DNA from: Cyanophyceae cyanobacterium
Lineage (GTDB): Bacteria; Cyanobacteriota; Cyanobacteriia; Cyanobacteriales; Laspinemataceae
Assembly (NCBI GenBank): GCA_038321985.1
Contig: JBBQFN010000003.1
Span: forward strand, 160,001-224,000
Length of the DNA: 64,000 nt
Reading direction: 5' to 3'
Below are positions 48,146-58,647 of this stretch, piece after piece. The notes beneath the pieces were generated by a model that saw nothing but the letters and a program-made list of their open reading frames with translations, made no database searches and was not told the origin of the DNA. The first letter of the stretch is position 1; every line of letters starts with the position of its first letter. A program made the position numbers and the translations under genes.

Positions 48146-51025
48146 ATGGCTAGACACTTTCCGAGCAAAACCGCCCCCTACGGTACAATAATCATGCCCA
48201 CCTTCCCACTTTATCGGGGTGAACGTCCCGAATCCCTCAACCCGTTAAACCCCTATCATTACGGTTTGTTGGCCTACTGGGTATTTTTTCGTCCCAGCGC
48301 CATCCAGAGCTATTTGTACAAAGCTGCCCCTGATTTGTACCCAAAAAGCGGATGGAGTAAATTTTTGGGCAGCTTTAAAGTGCCGGGGTATAGGAACCTG
48401 TATTTGATGGCGATCGCCTCACTGGTGAAATGTTTGGTCCTGCTGGGATTCACATTTTTCCTGTACACTATCGCCGTCCAACAAGGTCATACCGGATCCA
48501 TTAGTTCCGTACTCGCCATCTCCAATACCCAAGCGATTTCCGCCTCAGCGCGAGACTTTAACGGAGACAGCAGCTTAAAACTCTGGGACCTGGATAGAGG
48601 TGCGTTGCTGCAAACCATACCCGCTAAGGGCAACGGAATTAACGCCGTGGCATTACTGCCGGGAGAACGGGCTATTTCCGGAGGAAGGGACCGGGCTGTT
48701 AATATTTGGGACCTCAAGGGGGGCAGTCGTCTATATAATCTACAAAACCACGGTCGCTGGATCGAAGACTTAGCGGTAACCCCCAATGGAAAATTAGTAA
48801 TTTCTGCCTCAGCAGACAATACACTCATTGTCTGGGATGTGGAGTCCGGAAAAAAACTTCATACTCTTAAAGGTCACACGGGATCGGTAAAGACGGTGGC
48901 ACTCACCCCAGACGGAGTACAGGCCATTTCTGGATCCGCAGATGGAACGGTAAAAATTTGGAACCTGGAACAGGGAACCCTCCTGCAAACTTTAACAGGT
49001 CATACGGGCGGGATTAATGCTGTGGCGGTTACCCCTGACGGAGAACAGGTGATTTCTGCGAGTCTGGATGGTTTCGTCAAGGTGTGGATACGCTCATCCG
49101 GTACTGTGCAACACAACCTCAATGCACATAGCGGAGGGGTTAATACAATAGAGGTGACTCCAGACGGACAACGGGTTGTTTCTGGGGGGGTGGATGGAAG
49201 CGTCAAGGTTTGGAACCTCCAGGAGGGAACCCTACAACAGGAGTTCACGGGACATGGGGGGTGGATTAATGCTTTAGTCATCACCCCGGATGGACGGCAA
49301 CTGGTTTCAGCCTCTTCTGACCACACCCTCAAAGTTTGGAATCTCCCCCAAGGTACCCTGGTACATACCCTCGTGGGACATCAAGAGTGGGTGAGATCGG
49401 TTGCACTCACCCCGGACGGACAACGAATCATTTCTGGCGCAGGCGATCGCCTCCCCAAAGTCTGGAACCTCAGTTCTGGGGAGGAAATTCCCCTTAAAGC
49501 AGTCCAACGCACCCTCTTTTGGACTAGCCTGGGATTTGCGATCGGGGCTATTTTCCTGTGGATCTGGATTGTATTAGCCTGCGCAGTGATTCTCACCTGT
49601 AGTTTTATGGCCCTTGGGTTGGGGGGTAGCGTAGTAGCGGCCCTGGTACTGACCCTGTTAGGGAGTTTCGCGTTCACCAACCTATTTCTGTTGAACGATT
49701 TGCTCAAAATCAATCCCCCGTATCAACAAACCTTCGGGGCGATCGCGATTGATACTTCCCTAATCACCATCGGATTTGCAATTTTTGTAGGGACCCTCTG
49801 GTTCGTGGCCTTTGCCCTGGCGGGACGTACTGCGGTCGGGATGTTTGCCGGTTTTGGGTTGATTCTGGTGATTGCCATGGCGATCGGGATCTTTGATGCC
49901 AATGTCCTCAAAGATACCAACATTGCCTCCCGAGTTCGGTTTGTGACGGTAATTTCCCGAGGGATTGAAATCGGGTTTTTCTTTAATTTGCTAGTTCTAC
50001 TCGGGTCCTTGCGCCTGCTGTTTTACCCGATTGAGTTGATTGCTGCACTCAAACCAAACCGCCGTGGCGATGGACATCCGGTTTTTTGGGATGAGTTGCT
50101 GGTATTGCCCCTGCCGAACAGCCGCAAATCTTTATTACAGCAGTTACAACGGGATGAAAAAAGCGGTTTGCAGCGGGTAGCAGAAGTCTCTCGTAACCCG
50201 TTTCAGCGTGCGATCGCCCAAAATGCTTTATCTAAGTATTTACATTCCACCCCAAATCCCCTACACCTGCTCTATGCGATCGCCCGGGATCGGGATTTAA
50301 CGACCTATCTTTGGTCCCCGGTGAGTACGGAAGATTGGCGAGGCATCCCAGAACAACGACAGGTGTTATTAGGAGAACTAGGTTTTCAAGGGGTGAAATG
50401 TGGAAGCGATTGGTTGAATCAGATGGCAGAGGGTTGGATTGGGGCTTTAACTTGGGTGTGGCGATCGCATCGTCAAACTCCCTTAACCCATTTGGCAGCC
50501 CTCCTTTACAACTTGCTTGATCGTGGGGTGAATTCGTCTAGATTCGATTGGACTGACTATAAGCAAACCCTGGGGAGTCTGCGCGAGTACCCAGGGGGTG
50601 TAGAAATTTTGGAATCTTTGACCACTTTAGGGACATTTTCCTCGGTGCAGACTCTCCCGGACCTGTGCAGGGCTGTTCAGGCGTTGGGAGACTCGGAACT
50701 TTCTGCCTTTTATGACGCAGACTCTCGGATCCCGGTAGGAGGAGTGATTCGACCCGAAATCCTGAGTGCGATCGCCCATCTGGGAGAAATCGGTACCTCC
50801 GTTTGTGACCATTCGGATCAAACCGACCCGCTGAAACGACTGGCAACCTTGGCAAAAGCAACCGTAGCCCTAGATACCTTGGAATCCGAGGCGATCGCTT
50901 CCTTATTAACGCCGGAACAAGGGATTTTACAACAGATTATTCGCCAGTGGCGTCAGTTAATGATTCGGGAAACCGCTGTAGTGTCGGGAAGGGTCGAGCA
51001 ATCTAGCAACTGCGCAGGAATCTAA
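48146..51025 (+). CDS. Multi-pass membrane protein with an 8-repeat WD40 propeller; start probably 48194
   Basis: Eight GH...W(D/N) repeats between a first TM and about 5 further TM helices; helical C-terminus. Confidence 0.88.
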   Translation: MARHFPSKTAPYGTIIMPTFPLYRGERPESLNPLNPYHYGLLAYWVFFRPSAIQSYLYKAAPDLYPKSGWSKFLGSFKVPGYRNLYLMAIASLVKCLVLLGFTFFLYTIAVQQGHTGSISSVLAISNTQAISASARDFNGDSSLKLWDLDRGALLQTIPAKGNGINAVALLPGERAISGGRDRAVNIWDLKGGSRLYNLQNHGRWIEDLAVTPNGKLVISASADNTLIVWDVESGKKLHTLKGHTGSVKTVALTPDGVQAISGSADGTVKIWNLEQGTLLQTLTGHTGGINAVAVTPDGEQVISASLDGFVKVWIRSSGTVQHNLNAHSGGVNTIEVTPDGQRVVSGGVDGSVKVWNLQEGTLQQEFTGHGGWINALVITPDGRQLVSASSDHTLKVWNLPQGTLVHTLVGHQEWVRSVALTPDGQRIISGAGDRLPKVWNLSSGEEIPLKAVQRTLFWTSLGFAIGAIFLWIWIVLACAVILTCSFMALGLGGSVVAALVLTLLGSFAFTNLFLLNDLLKINPPYQQTFGAIAIDTSLITIGFAIFVGTLWFVAFALAGRTAVGMFAGFGLILVIAMAIGIFDANVLKDTNIASRVRFVTVISRGIEIGFFFNLLVLLGSLRLLFYPIELIAALKPNRRGDGHPVFWDELLVLPLPNSRKSLLQQLQRDEKSGLQRVAEVSRNPFQRAIAQNALSKYLHSTPNPLHLLYAIARDRDLTTYLWSPVSTEDWRGIPEQRQVLLGELGFQGVKCGSDWLNQMAEGWIGALTWVWRSHRQTPLTHLAALLYNLLDRGVNSSRFDWTDYKQTLGSLREYPGGVEILESLTTLGTFSSVQTLPDLCRAVQALGDSELSAFYDADSRIPVGGVIRPEILSAIAHLGEIGTSVCDHSDQTDPLKRLATLAKATVALDTLESEAIASLLTPEQGILQQIIRQWRQLMIRETAVVSGRVEQSSNCAGI

Positions 51026-51094
51026 CCTCGTGAGTTCCCTGTAAAAATAACCCTTAAATAGAACCCTAATTTTTATCGGGGTTCTCTTTAAGAG

Positions 51095-52168
51095 TTATTC
51101 CCCTTTCAATTCTTCCCACATCGCATGGTAGGCAGGTTTAGGATGATAGGACTCGTCAAAAAGTAACGGTGCTTTCCCCCCGGTAAACCCCGTTAACCAG
51201 GAATGGCGATCGGTAAATCCCCAGGTGAGTAAGGCTTTACAGTTGGATGCCTCTAGGCATATCTTCAGGAACTCCCGGTACAATTCACCTTGTGCCGCTA
51301 ATTGCTCCTCTCGGGTGCCCTTAAACTTATTCAGGGGAATATCCATTTCGGTGATCATCACATCTAGCCCGAGTTCAGCATACCGCTTCATATTTTCAGC
51401 CACATCTTGGGGATCTCCTGCGGATAAAAATCCCAAGTGGGTTTGGAACCCCACTGCATCGAGGGGTGCGCCTCGTTCTTGAATACTTTTTATCAAGTTA
51501 TAAAAAGAGTCAGATTTAGAGTTGAGTCCCTCAGCGTATTCATTAATATACAAAAGGGCATCGGGATCAGCTTCACGAGTCCAACGCAGAGCTAAATCAA
51601 TATATTCGGGTCCAATAGTTTTATACCAGATAGTTTCTCTTAAGCTGCCGTCAGCTTCTACAGGTTCATTCACCACATCCCACGCATAAATTTGACCCCG
51701 ATAGTGACTGACTACAGTCTGAATATGATCATGGAGGATTTCTATCAGTTCATCTCGGGAAAAATTCCCTTCCACGATCCAACGGGGGAGGACATGAAAC
51801 CAAGTTAAGACATGACCAATGACCTTCATATCGTGTTCAGCGGCAAACTCGACCATCCCATCGGCTGTGCTAAAATCATAGCGATTGCGCTCTGGATGTA
51901 GCACTTCAAATTTCATGTTATGCTCGGCCATGATGATGTTAAATTCCCGCGCTAATACCTCTCGATAAGTGGGTTCGTTATCTAAAGGGCGGGGTCTAAC
52001 AGCGGAACCGATTAAAAAGTCCCGTTTTGCGGCTAGGGCTCTGAGGGGTTCTGCTGCCGAGTTAGGGCTTAAGGGTTTGGGGTTGGTCGTGGCGAAACTT
52101 GTGGTAGCGATCGCAAAGGCAATCGCCAGGATAACCAGGATATATGCGATCAAGGACCGGGGTTTCAT
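51095..52168 (-). CDS. GH10 endo-1,4-beta-xylanase family protein, exported
   Basis: EHNMKF, GHVLTW, WDVVNEP (acid/base), GFQTH, ITEMD (nucleophile); signal peptide. Confidence 0.93.
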   Translation of the reverse strand: MKPRSLIAYILVILAIAFAIATTSFATTNPKPLSPNSAAEPLRALAAKRDFLIGSAVRPRPLDNEPTYREVLAREFNIIMAEHNMKFEVLHPERNRYDFSTADGMVEFAAEHDMKVIGHVLTWFHVLPRWIVEGNFSRDELIEILHDHIQTVVSHYRGQIYAWDVVNEPVEADGSLRETIWYKTIGPEYIDLALRWTREADPDALLYINEYAEGLNSKSDSFYNLIKSIQERGAPLDAVGFQTHLGFLSAGDPQDVAENMKRYAELGLDVMITEMDIPLNKFKGTREEQLAAQGELYREFLKICLEASNCKALLTWGFTDRHSWLTGFTGGKAPLLFDESYHPKPAYHAMWEELKGE

Positions 52169-52252
52169 GGGCCACCTCTGTGAGGATAAAGACAGAGGTT
52201 TGAGGGATGTTTTAATTCACCCAAACCTCTTGATTTCAAACCAGAAAATCAC

Positions 52253-53548
52253 TTAAATGTTTAAGCGTTGGTAAATCGTATCCAGATGTCTGAGTTGATA
52301 TTTCGGGTCGAAACAGTCCTCGATTTCCTGCGGTGAAAGTTTCTCCTTGACGCTGGCATCTTGGACGATCGCCCCGTGAAAGTCCCCATCGACTCGATTC
52401 CAGGCTTGATGAGCACAGGATTGCACGACTTTATAAGCCTCTTCCCGGTTCATGCCTTTCTCAACTAACGCCAGCATGACGCGCTGACTGAAGATGACGC
52501 CGCCGTAAACGTTCATATTCCGCTTCATGTTCTCGGGATAGACTTGGAGATTTTTCACCAATTCTGAAATTTCCCTTAGCATAAAGTGAGTTAAAATGCA
52601 AGAATCTGGCAAAATAACTCGCTCGACGGAACTATGGGAAATATCCCGCTCATGCCATAATGCTACATTTTCTAGGGCAGTGCCAGCATGACCTCGTACG
52701 ATTCTTGCCATCCCGGTTAAGCGTTCAGACCGAATCGGATTACGCTTATGGGGCATGGCAGAGGAGCCTTTTTGCCCTTTGGAGAAGTATTCCTCCACTT
52801 CCAGGACATCGGTGCGCTGGAGGTTGCGAATTTCAACAGAGAAGCGTTCGATAGAAGCGGCTAGCAAGGCTAGATGCTGCAAGAAGTCAGCATGGCGATC
52901 GCGCGATATCACCTGAGTGGAGGCGGTATCGGGTTCGAGTCCGAGTTTCTGACAGGCGATTTCTTCAATTCGCGGTTCAATGTTGGCGTAGGTTCCCACG
53001 GCACCGGAGATTTTACCCACAGCAATTTCTGATCGCACCCGCACTAGGCGATCGCGATGGCGCAACATTTCCGCTAACCATCCGGCCAGTTTAAACCCAA
53101 AGGTTATAGGTTCAGCATGAATGCCATGCGATCGCCCGATCTGCACGGTATCCCGGTGCTGCTGCGCTTGATATCGAATCGCGGCGATCGCCGTTTCCAA
53201 TTCCGACAGCAACAGATCCAGACTCGCGACCATCTGCAATGCTAAAGCAGTGTCTAAAACGTCTGAACTGGTTAATCCCAAATGAATGTAGCGTCCGGCT
53301 TCCCCGACGTACTCGTTCACATTGGTCAGAAAGGCAATCACATCATGGCGAACTTCGGCCTCAATTTCGAGGATGCGCTTGGGGTCAAAATTTGCCTTGG
53401 CTTTAATCTGTTCCACTGCCGATTCCGGTATATAACCCAGTTCGGCTTGAGCTTCACAAACGGCTAGCTCGACTTCGAGCCAGGTTTTAAATTTATAGGT
53501 CTCAGTCCACAGTTCGCCCATTTCGGGCAAGGTATAGCGCTCGATCAA
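52253..53548 (-). CDS. purB: Adenylosuccinate lyase
   Basis: MIERY, RHDVIAF, HLGLTSSD, GRSHGIHAEP, SSAMPHKRNP. Confidence 0.97.
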   Translation of the reverse strand: MIERYTLPEMGELWTETYKFKTWLEVELAVCEAQAELGYIPESAVEQIKAKANFDPKRILEIEAEVRHDVIAFLTNVNEYVGEAGRYIHLGLTSSDVLDTALALQMVASLDLLLSELETAIAAIRYQAQQHRDTVQIGRSHGIHAEPITFGFKLAGWLAEMLRHRDRLVRVRSEIAVGKISGAVGTYANIEPRIEEIACQKLGLEPDTASTQVISRDRHADFLQHLALLAASIERFSVEIRNLQRTDVLEVEEYFSKGQKGSSAMPHKRNPIRSERLTGMARIVRGHAGTALENVALWHERDISHSSVERVILPDSCILTHFMLREISELVKNLQVYPENMKRNMNVYGGVIFSQRVMLALVEKGMNREEAYKVVQSCAHQAWNRVDGDFHGAIVQDASVKEKLSPQEIEDCFDPKYQLRHLDTIYQRLNI

Positions 53549-54225
53549 CGTCCGGCACAGAATACAACTGTCTCATTTTACCCCCTCTGTCTGCATATTC
53601 TTTGCCCGGTGTTCTCTATCTTTTTTTGCCCGATTTTTTAGCTTATTTTCTTCATAACACTCGTTAAGATTTATGACCTGTTCAAGTCAAACCTTAGCCC
53701 CCTGATCGCCCCAGGGGGTTGGAGGCATGGAGCCAGTTTTATCCCTGGCTGCGATCGGGACACTAACGGACCTAACTCTGCTCTCAGGTTGCCGATCAAG
53801 TGGTTTCAAAGCGGGGTCAGGGACTAATGTTACCCTGCCCTTGACCCCGAATTTGGATTAAAAATGTCCGATTTCCCTTGTTTGGGAAGGGGGATTCTCC
53901 TGGGGAGAGACTACGCGATCGCCTAGCAGAATCATCCGAGCAATATAGAACTCCCGAGACACATTGACGAAGGCCAGCAATATATTAGCGAGGAAGCGGA
54001 ACAGTTTGATTTGCATCAAGCTAGACTCTAGCCGATGGAAGTCAGAACCCACACGCATTGTTACTCGACTCATAGCCTTTGGCTCTACTCTATAAAGCCA
54101 CTGAATTCTTATGTCTTTATTTTATCACTAATTTTGGAAAAATTTAATATGATGTTTTATAAAGTGCCTTAATAAATACAGCCCATTTCTTCCGTAGTTT
54201 TACGGGAATTTTACCCCGTTTATTC

Positions 54226-54277
54226 CCCAAGTTTTCTGGGGCAATGAGGATCGATCACCTAGCCCAGAAAACTTGGG
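54226..54277. repeat. 15-bp perfect inverted repeat, possible terminator of the DUF3887 transcript
   Basis: CCCAAGTTTTCTGGG-22 nt-CCCAGAAAACTTGGG. Confidence 0.6.
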
Positions 54278-54437
54278 ATGAGGACTTCCTAAATCCCCCT
54301 ATTTTCTGATTTTTTACCCACATGAGGAAAGAAGCACCCCAACCAAACGCTCTTTCTGAACCTAAAGAGCATTTAAAACCGCACGGATACAGTCACGGCG
54401 ACCCTAACTCTAAAAATGGGTTAGGCGATCGCTGAGG

Positions 54438-54848
54438 TTAATACGTGAAACTGTTGATTTCTTGTTCTTTATCAAAAATAATGAACAAAACTACCGTATC
54501 CTCTTCAAACCGAGTTGTCATTAATACCACTTTTTGCCCGTCACCCTCAGCGGTTTCAGCCGAAACAATTTCTTGAAAATCCCCCGATTTAGCTACTAAA
54601 TCTTGCCATGTGGTTTCTAACGTTTCGGGGCTAATATTTTCCTGGGCAACCGTATCGTATTTCTGTAAAGCTGTGTCAAACTCTCCCTCAGCGAGTAACG
54701 AGACAAATTCTTCAGCTTCGGAGACGATTGGAGTTGCCTGAGCCAAGGATTCAACCCCCATGAGGGGTTCGGAAACTTGAGCCTGAGTCGGTAAAGCATC
54801 GACGATAGCAACCGTCGCCAGTAATACCAGGGAAAGAAGAGTTTTCAT
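54438..54848 (-). CDS. Exported DUF3887-like protein
   Basis: Signal peptide; AEEFV.LL..GEFD.A, L...WQ.L....G.F pattern. Confidence 0.75.
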   Translation of the reverse strand: MKTLLSLVLLATVAIVDALPTQAQVSEPLMGVESLAQATPIVSEAEEFVSLLAEGEFDTALQKYDTVAQENISPETLETTWQDLVAKSGDFQEIVSAETAEGDGQKVVLMTTRFEEDTVVLFIIFDKEQEINSFTY

Positions 54849-54885
54849 TTGATTTAGCTCCTGAATAGCCTATAAAAAATGCTAT

Positions 54886-56415
54886 TTACTGCATTCTATC
54901 AATAGTTCTATATTGGATGGCTTCTGCCACATGGGAGATCTTAAGTTCATCATCACCCGCTAGGTCCCCAATGGTGCGGCCCACCTTTAAAATGCGATCG
55001 GTTGCCCTTGCCGAAAGTCCCAGCTTACGGATGGCTCCTTCAAGGAGATTGCGGGTTGCCTCATCCAGGGGACACCATTGCCGCAGTTGAGCCGTTTGCA
55101 TTTCCGCATTGCAGCGAATATTCGGTTCAGCTTTAAATCGATCGCGGGCGCGATCGCGGGCCTCTTGAACTCTTTTTCTGACAGGTTCTGAACTCTCTCC
55201 GGTGGTTTGATGGGTAATTTCTTCCGGTTTTAAGCGATTTACCGCAACTTGTAAATCAATCCGATCCATCAAAGGTCCCGAAAGTTTGGCCCAGTATTGT
55301 TCTCGGTGACGCGGGGAACAGGTACAGGGTTGGATTTGGTCACCAAAGTAGCCACAGGGGCAGGGATTGGTACTGGCAACTAAAGTAAATTGTGCCGGAA
55401 ACTCGACGGTTTGTTTGGTGCGCGAAATGCTGACCCGGCCATCTTCTAAGGGTTGGCGCAGGAACTCTAACACATCCCGTTTAAACTCCGTCAGTTCATC
55501 CAGAAATAAGATACCCCGGTGGGCGAGGGAAATTTCTCCGGGTTTGGGATAGCTGCCACCCCCGACAAGAGAAGGACCCGAGGCGGAGTGATGGGGACTA
55601 CGAAAGGGGCGATCGCCAATCAATGTTCCCCGATTTTTCAGTAACCCCACCACGGAATAAATTTGGGTAACTTCTAAGGCTTCTTCAAAACTAAGCGGCG
55701 GTAAAATACCGGGTAACCGTTTAGCAAGCATGGTTTTCCCACTGCCAGGAGGACCGACAAAGATTAAATTATGCCCTCCTGCTGCTGCAATTTCTAAGGC
55801 GCGGCGTCCATGGGCTTGACCCTTGACATCTTGCAAGTCTAAACCCCCGAAGGGATGGGGTGCAAAGGGTACATTTCCATCGAGTTTGACGGGGGTGTAT
55901 TGACTCGGGTCATTAAGTAAGGCGATCGCATCGCACAGATGCTGACACCCGTAAACCTCTAATCCTTTCACCACTGCCGCTTCCCCAACATTGCCTTCTG
56001 GGACAACTAAGGCAGAAATTCCCATCTCCTTAGCCGCCGCCGCAATGGGAAGAACTCCGGCAACGGGACGTAAGGTGCCATCGAGAGACACTTCCCCCAG
56101 GAAGAGAAAATCCCCCAAGAGTTGGGCGCTGACTTGTTCCGAGGCGGCTAAAATCCCGATGGCGATCGGTAAGTCAAAACAGGGACCCTCCTTGCGTAAA
56201 TCCGCCGGGGTCAAGTTAATGACGATGCGACGCATGGGGAAAGCGTAGCTGGAATTTTTCAGGGCGGCTTTAACTCGTTCCTTGGATTCTTGCACCGCTG
56301 CATCCGGCAACCCAACCACCACGATTCCCGGCATTCCCCCAGAGACATCTACCTCGACTCCGACCTTGACGGCATTAATCCCAACTAACGATGCACTCCA
56401 AACTCTAGCAAGCAC
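54886..56415 (-). CDS. comM: YifB/ComM family Mg-chelatase-like AAA ATPase
   Basis: VGLPDAAVQES, GPPGSGKT, PFRSPHHS, LFLDELTEF, NPCPCGY. Confidence 0.93.
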   Translation of the reverse strand: MLARVWSASLVGINAVKVGVEVDVSGGMPGIVVVGLPDAAVQESKERVKAALKNSSYAFPMRRIVINLTPADLRKEGPCFDLPIAIGILAASEQVSAQLLGDFLFLGEVSLDGTLRPVAGVLPIAAAAKEMGISALVVPEGNVGEAAVVKGLEVYGCQHLCDAIALLNDPSQYTPVKLDGNVPFAPHPFGGLDLQDVKGQAHGRRALEIAAAGGHNLIFVGPPGSGKTMLAKRLPGILPPLSFEEALEVTQIYSVVGLLKNRGTLIGDRPFRSPHHSASGPSLVGGGSYPKPGEISLAHRGILFLDELTEFKRDVLEFLRQPLEDGRVSISRTKQTVEFPAQFTLVASTNPCPCGYFGDQIQPCTCSPRHREQYWAKLSGPLMDRIDLQVAVNRLKPEEITHQTTGESSEPVRKRVQEARDRARDRFKAEPNIRCNAEMQTAQLRQWCPLDEATRNLLEGAIRKLGLSARATDRILKVGRTIGDLAGDDELKISHVAEAIQYRTIDRMQ

Positions 56416-56514
56416 GGCTGATATCCTGATGACTGCTCAGAGCATTATAAGAAAGGCGGGGTAAAAAAGGAATAGGGGGGGACTACTCAGAGCGATCTGA
56501 TTTAGCGATGGCTT

Positions 56515-56695
56515 AGAAAGCAAGTTTCTCCCGTAAATCTTGGCTCTTGTTGTCAAGGTTATCCCAGAAACCCCTTTGCTTGCATGAGCGATATTTGATT
56601 GGATGAAGGGACACCAAATAATCGGGTTCAGAAACCGAGTTTCTTAAACAAATCTTAGGAAAAATTTCAAAGTTATCCCATAAACCCAGTTTCTT
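56515..56695. repeat. Two degenerate copies (56515-56581, 56630-56695) of a ~66-bp element bounded by AGAAACCNNGTTTCT-like palindromes
   Basis: Both align as AGAAA..GTTTCT..AAATCTT..TCAA.GTTATCCCA.AAACCC. Confidence 0.7.
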
Positions 56696-56775
56696 TTGCC
56701 GCCAAAAACTTACGATCGCCAGGGTCAAAGCGTCTGAAATATGGAGAGCGATCGTCCCCATTTTAGCTAATAACT

Positions 56776-57222
56776 TCAGTCTGATCGCATTTCCGTCGGA
56801 TGCACTGCCGTCACTTCCGCATACCGGGTAAAATCCCGGGTATTAAAAGTTAGAATGTGCGTCAATCCATGCACCAGCATTGCTGCCACCAACCGCGCAT
56901 CATAGACATTGACACCCTTCACCTCATAAGTCAACACCAACCGTTCCCACTCAGAATAAATGGCTACAGTATCCGGTAAGAGCAAAATAAGCCCTTTTAA
57001 CCGATTCACTTCGGCAGCGGCTTCCCCTGGGGTATGCCCTAACCCATTTTTGTCCGCAGGGCGAGTGTAAACATTCCAAAACTCGATTAAATTTTGAGGA
57101 ATGATACAAAGCTGATGCCCTTGACTGCGTAAACTTGTGGTGGCATTGATGGCATCGGCGTGCATGGAATGGGTAGGGTCCGCACTCCGCAACAGAATAT
57201 TAGTATCAATCAAAAAGGACAT
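56776..57222 (-). CDS. vapC: PIN-domain toxin (VapC family)
   Basis: FLIDTNILLR, QNLIEFW, YDARLVA, LTFNTRDF. Confidence 0.92.
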   Translation of the reverse strand: MSFLIDTNILLRSADPTHSMHADAINATTSLRSQGHQLCIIPQNLIEFWNVYTRPADKNGLGHTPGEAAAEVNRLKGLILLLPDTVAIYSEWERLVLTYEVKGVNVYDARLVAAMLVHGLTHILTFNTRDFTRYAEVTAVHPTEMRSD

Positions 57223-57482
57223 TAACCCCTTTCTCCATAAATGCTTTCTCGGCTAATGGCTTCATCGGATAAATAGGGCTGATTGCGCGGGTGACTCTCA
57301 GCCCACTCCCGGAACGCTTTGGCCCATTCGGCTGGAGTGGCGGTTTCATAAAAAGGACGCTCTTTCTCGGATTCTGAGGTTTGCTCCTGGTGTGCTTTCA
57401 GCTTCTCCTCCAAGAGCGATCGCTCCTCTGGGGAAAGAGATTGGACGACCTGGGCTAAAGATTCCACTAATTTAATGTTCAT
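57222..57482 (-). CDS. Putative antitoxin of the PIN toxin (86 aa, ATG 57482)
   Basis: AGGAG RBS; TAATG overlap with vapC; C-terminus LSDEAISRESIYGERG. Confidence 0.8.
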   Translation of the reverse strand: MNIKLVESLAQVVQSLSPEERSLLEEKLKAHQEQTSESEKERPFYETATPAEWAKAFREWAESHPRNQPYLSDEAISRESIYGERG

Positions 57483-57887
57483 AAATTCTCCTGTAATGCC
57501 GTGGTATGGAGCAGAAACCGAGTTGCCTATCCCATCGCCGTTGATGAAATTATCTGGCCGACTTGATGAAAGTATTCGTGCCTGACTCCTTTGGTGACGG
57601 GATGGAGAGTGATCGCAAAAACAGTGTATTCGTTTTTTCCAATATAGAGGCGATCTCATTCAGCCATTTTTATAAAATCAACTTCCGCAACAAAGGGCCA
57701 CCAGTATAGACAGGATTAACACTATAAAATACAACCGCTTTTGGTGGGTACTGTCCTCCATAAGGCCGTCAAGGGTCACTTCCTGGGAAGAGTACCAATT
57801 TAGAGTTCTATACCCTGTCTCCTGCTCGATGTGACCAGCATCACCTAAAGCCTTGCGTCAAGTCACTGTAATAGTTCTTAATATTGC

Positions 57888-57905
57888 GTTACATTTATTT
57901 ACATA
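57888..57905 (+). promoter_or_regulatory. HLR1 (RpaB-binding) direct repeat
   Basis: GTTACATT-ta-TTTACATA matches (G/T)TTACA(T/A)(T/A)-N2-(G/T)TTACA(T/A)(T/A). Confidence 0.75.
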
Positions 57906-57925
57906 AGCCAACGAGGGAAAACGAA

Positions 57926-58096
57926 ATGTACACCAGCACTGACGAACGAGGACTTCTCAACAACTTTGCCACCGAACCGAAACTGTATCACGCCGAGTAT
58001 CCGTCTCCTGAACAGCAAAAACTCTACATTGCTTATGGTGCAGCCTCTATGGTACTCGTGGCACTGACAATTTTTACAGCAGTCGCTATCAGCTAA
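57926..58096 (+). CDS. psb34: Photosystem II assembly factor Psb34 (ssl1498 family)
   Basis: MYTSTDERGLLNNFATEPKLY..EYPS..QQ plus one C-terminal TM. Confidence 0.88.
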   Translation: MYTSTDERGLLNNFATEPKLYHAEYPSPEQQKLYIAYGAASMVLVALTIFTAVAIS

Positions 58097-58576
<480 letters not shown>

Positions 58577-58600
58577 GGCGATCGCCTATCGATGTCGATT

Positions 58601-58628
58601 GTAGGGGCAATTCCTGAATTGCTCCTAC
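58601..58628. repeat. GTAG-type REP-like palindrome
   Basis: GTAGGGGCAATTC-CT-GAATTGCTCCTAC between convergent genes. Confidence 0.7.
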
Positions 58629-58647
58629 AGAACCGATGAAGCCATTG

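Noticed and set aside
56515..56695. Repeat-spacer-repeat resembling a mini CRISPR array
   Set aside because: Only two units of ~66 bp, strongly diverged, no cas genes; better explained as a dispersed repeat
57483..57670. N-terminal extension of the 145-aa ORF, or a possible gene remnant in another frame
   Set aside because: The RBS supports a start at 57482; the upstream peptide matches nothing I recognise
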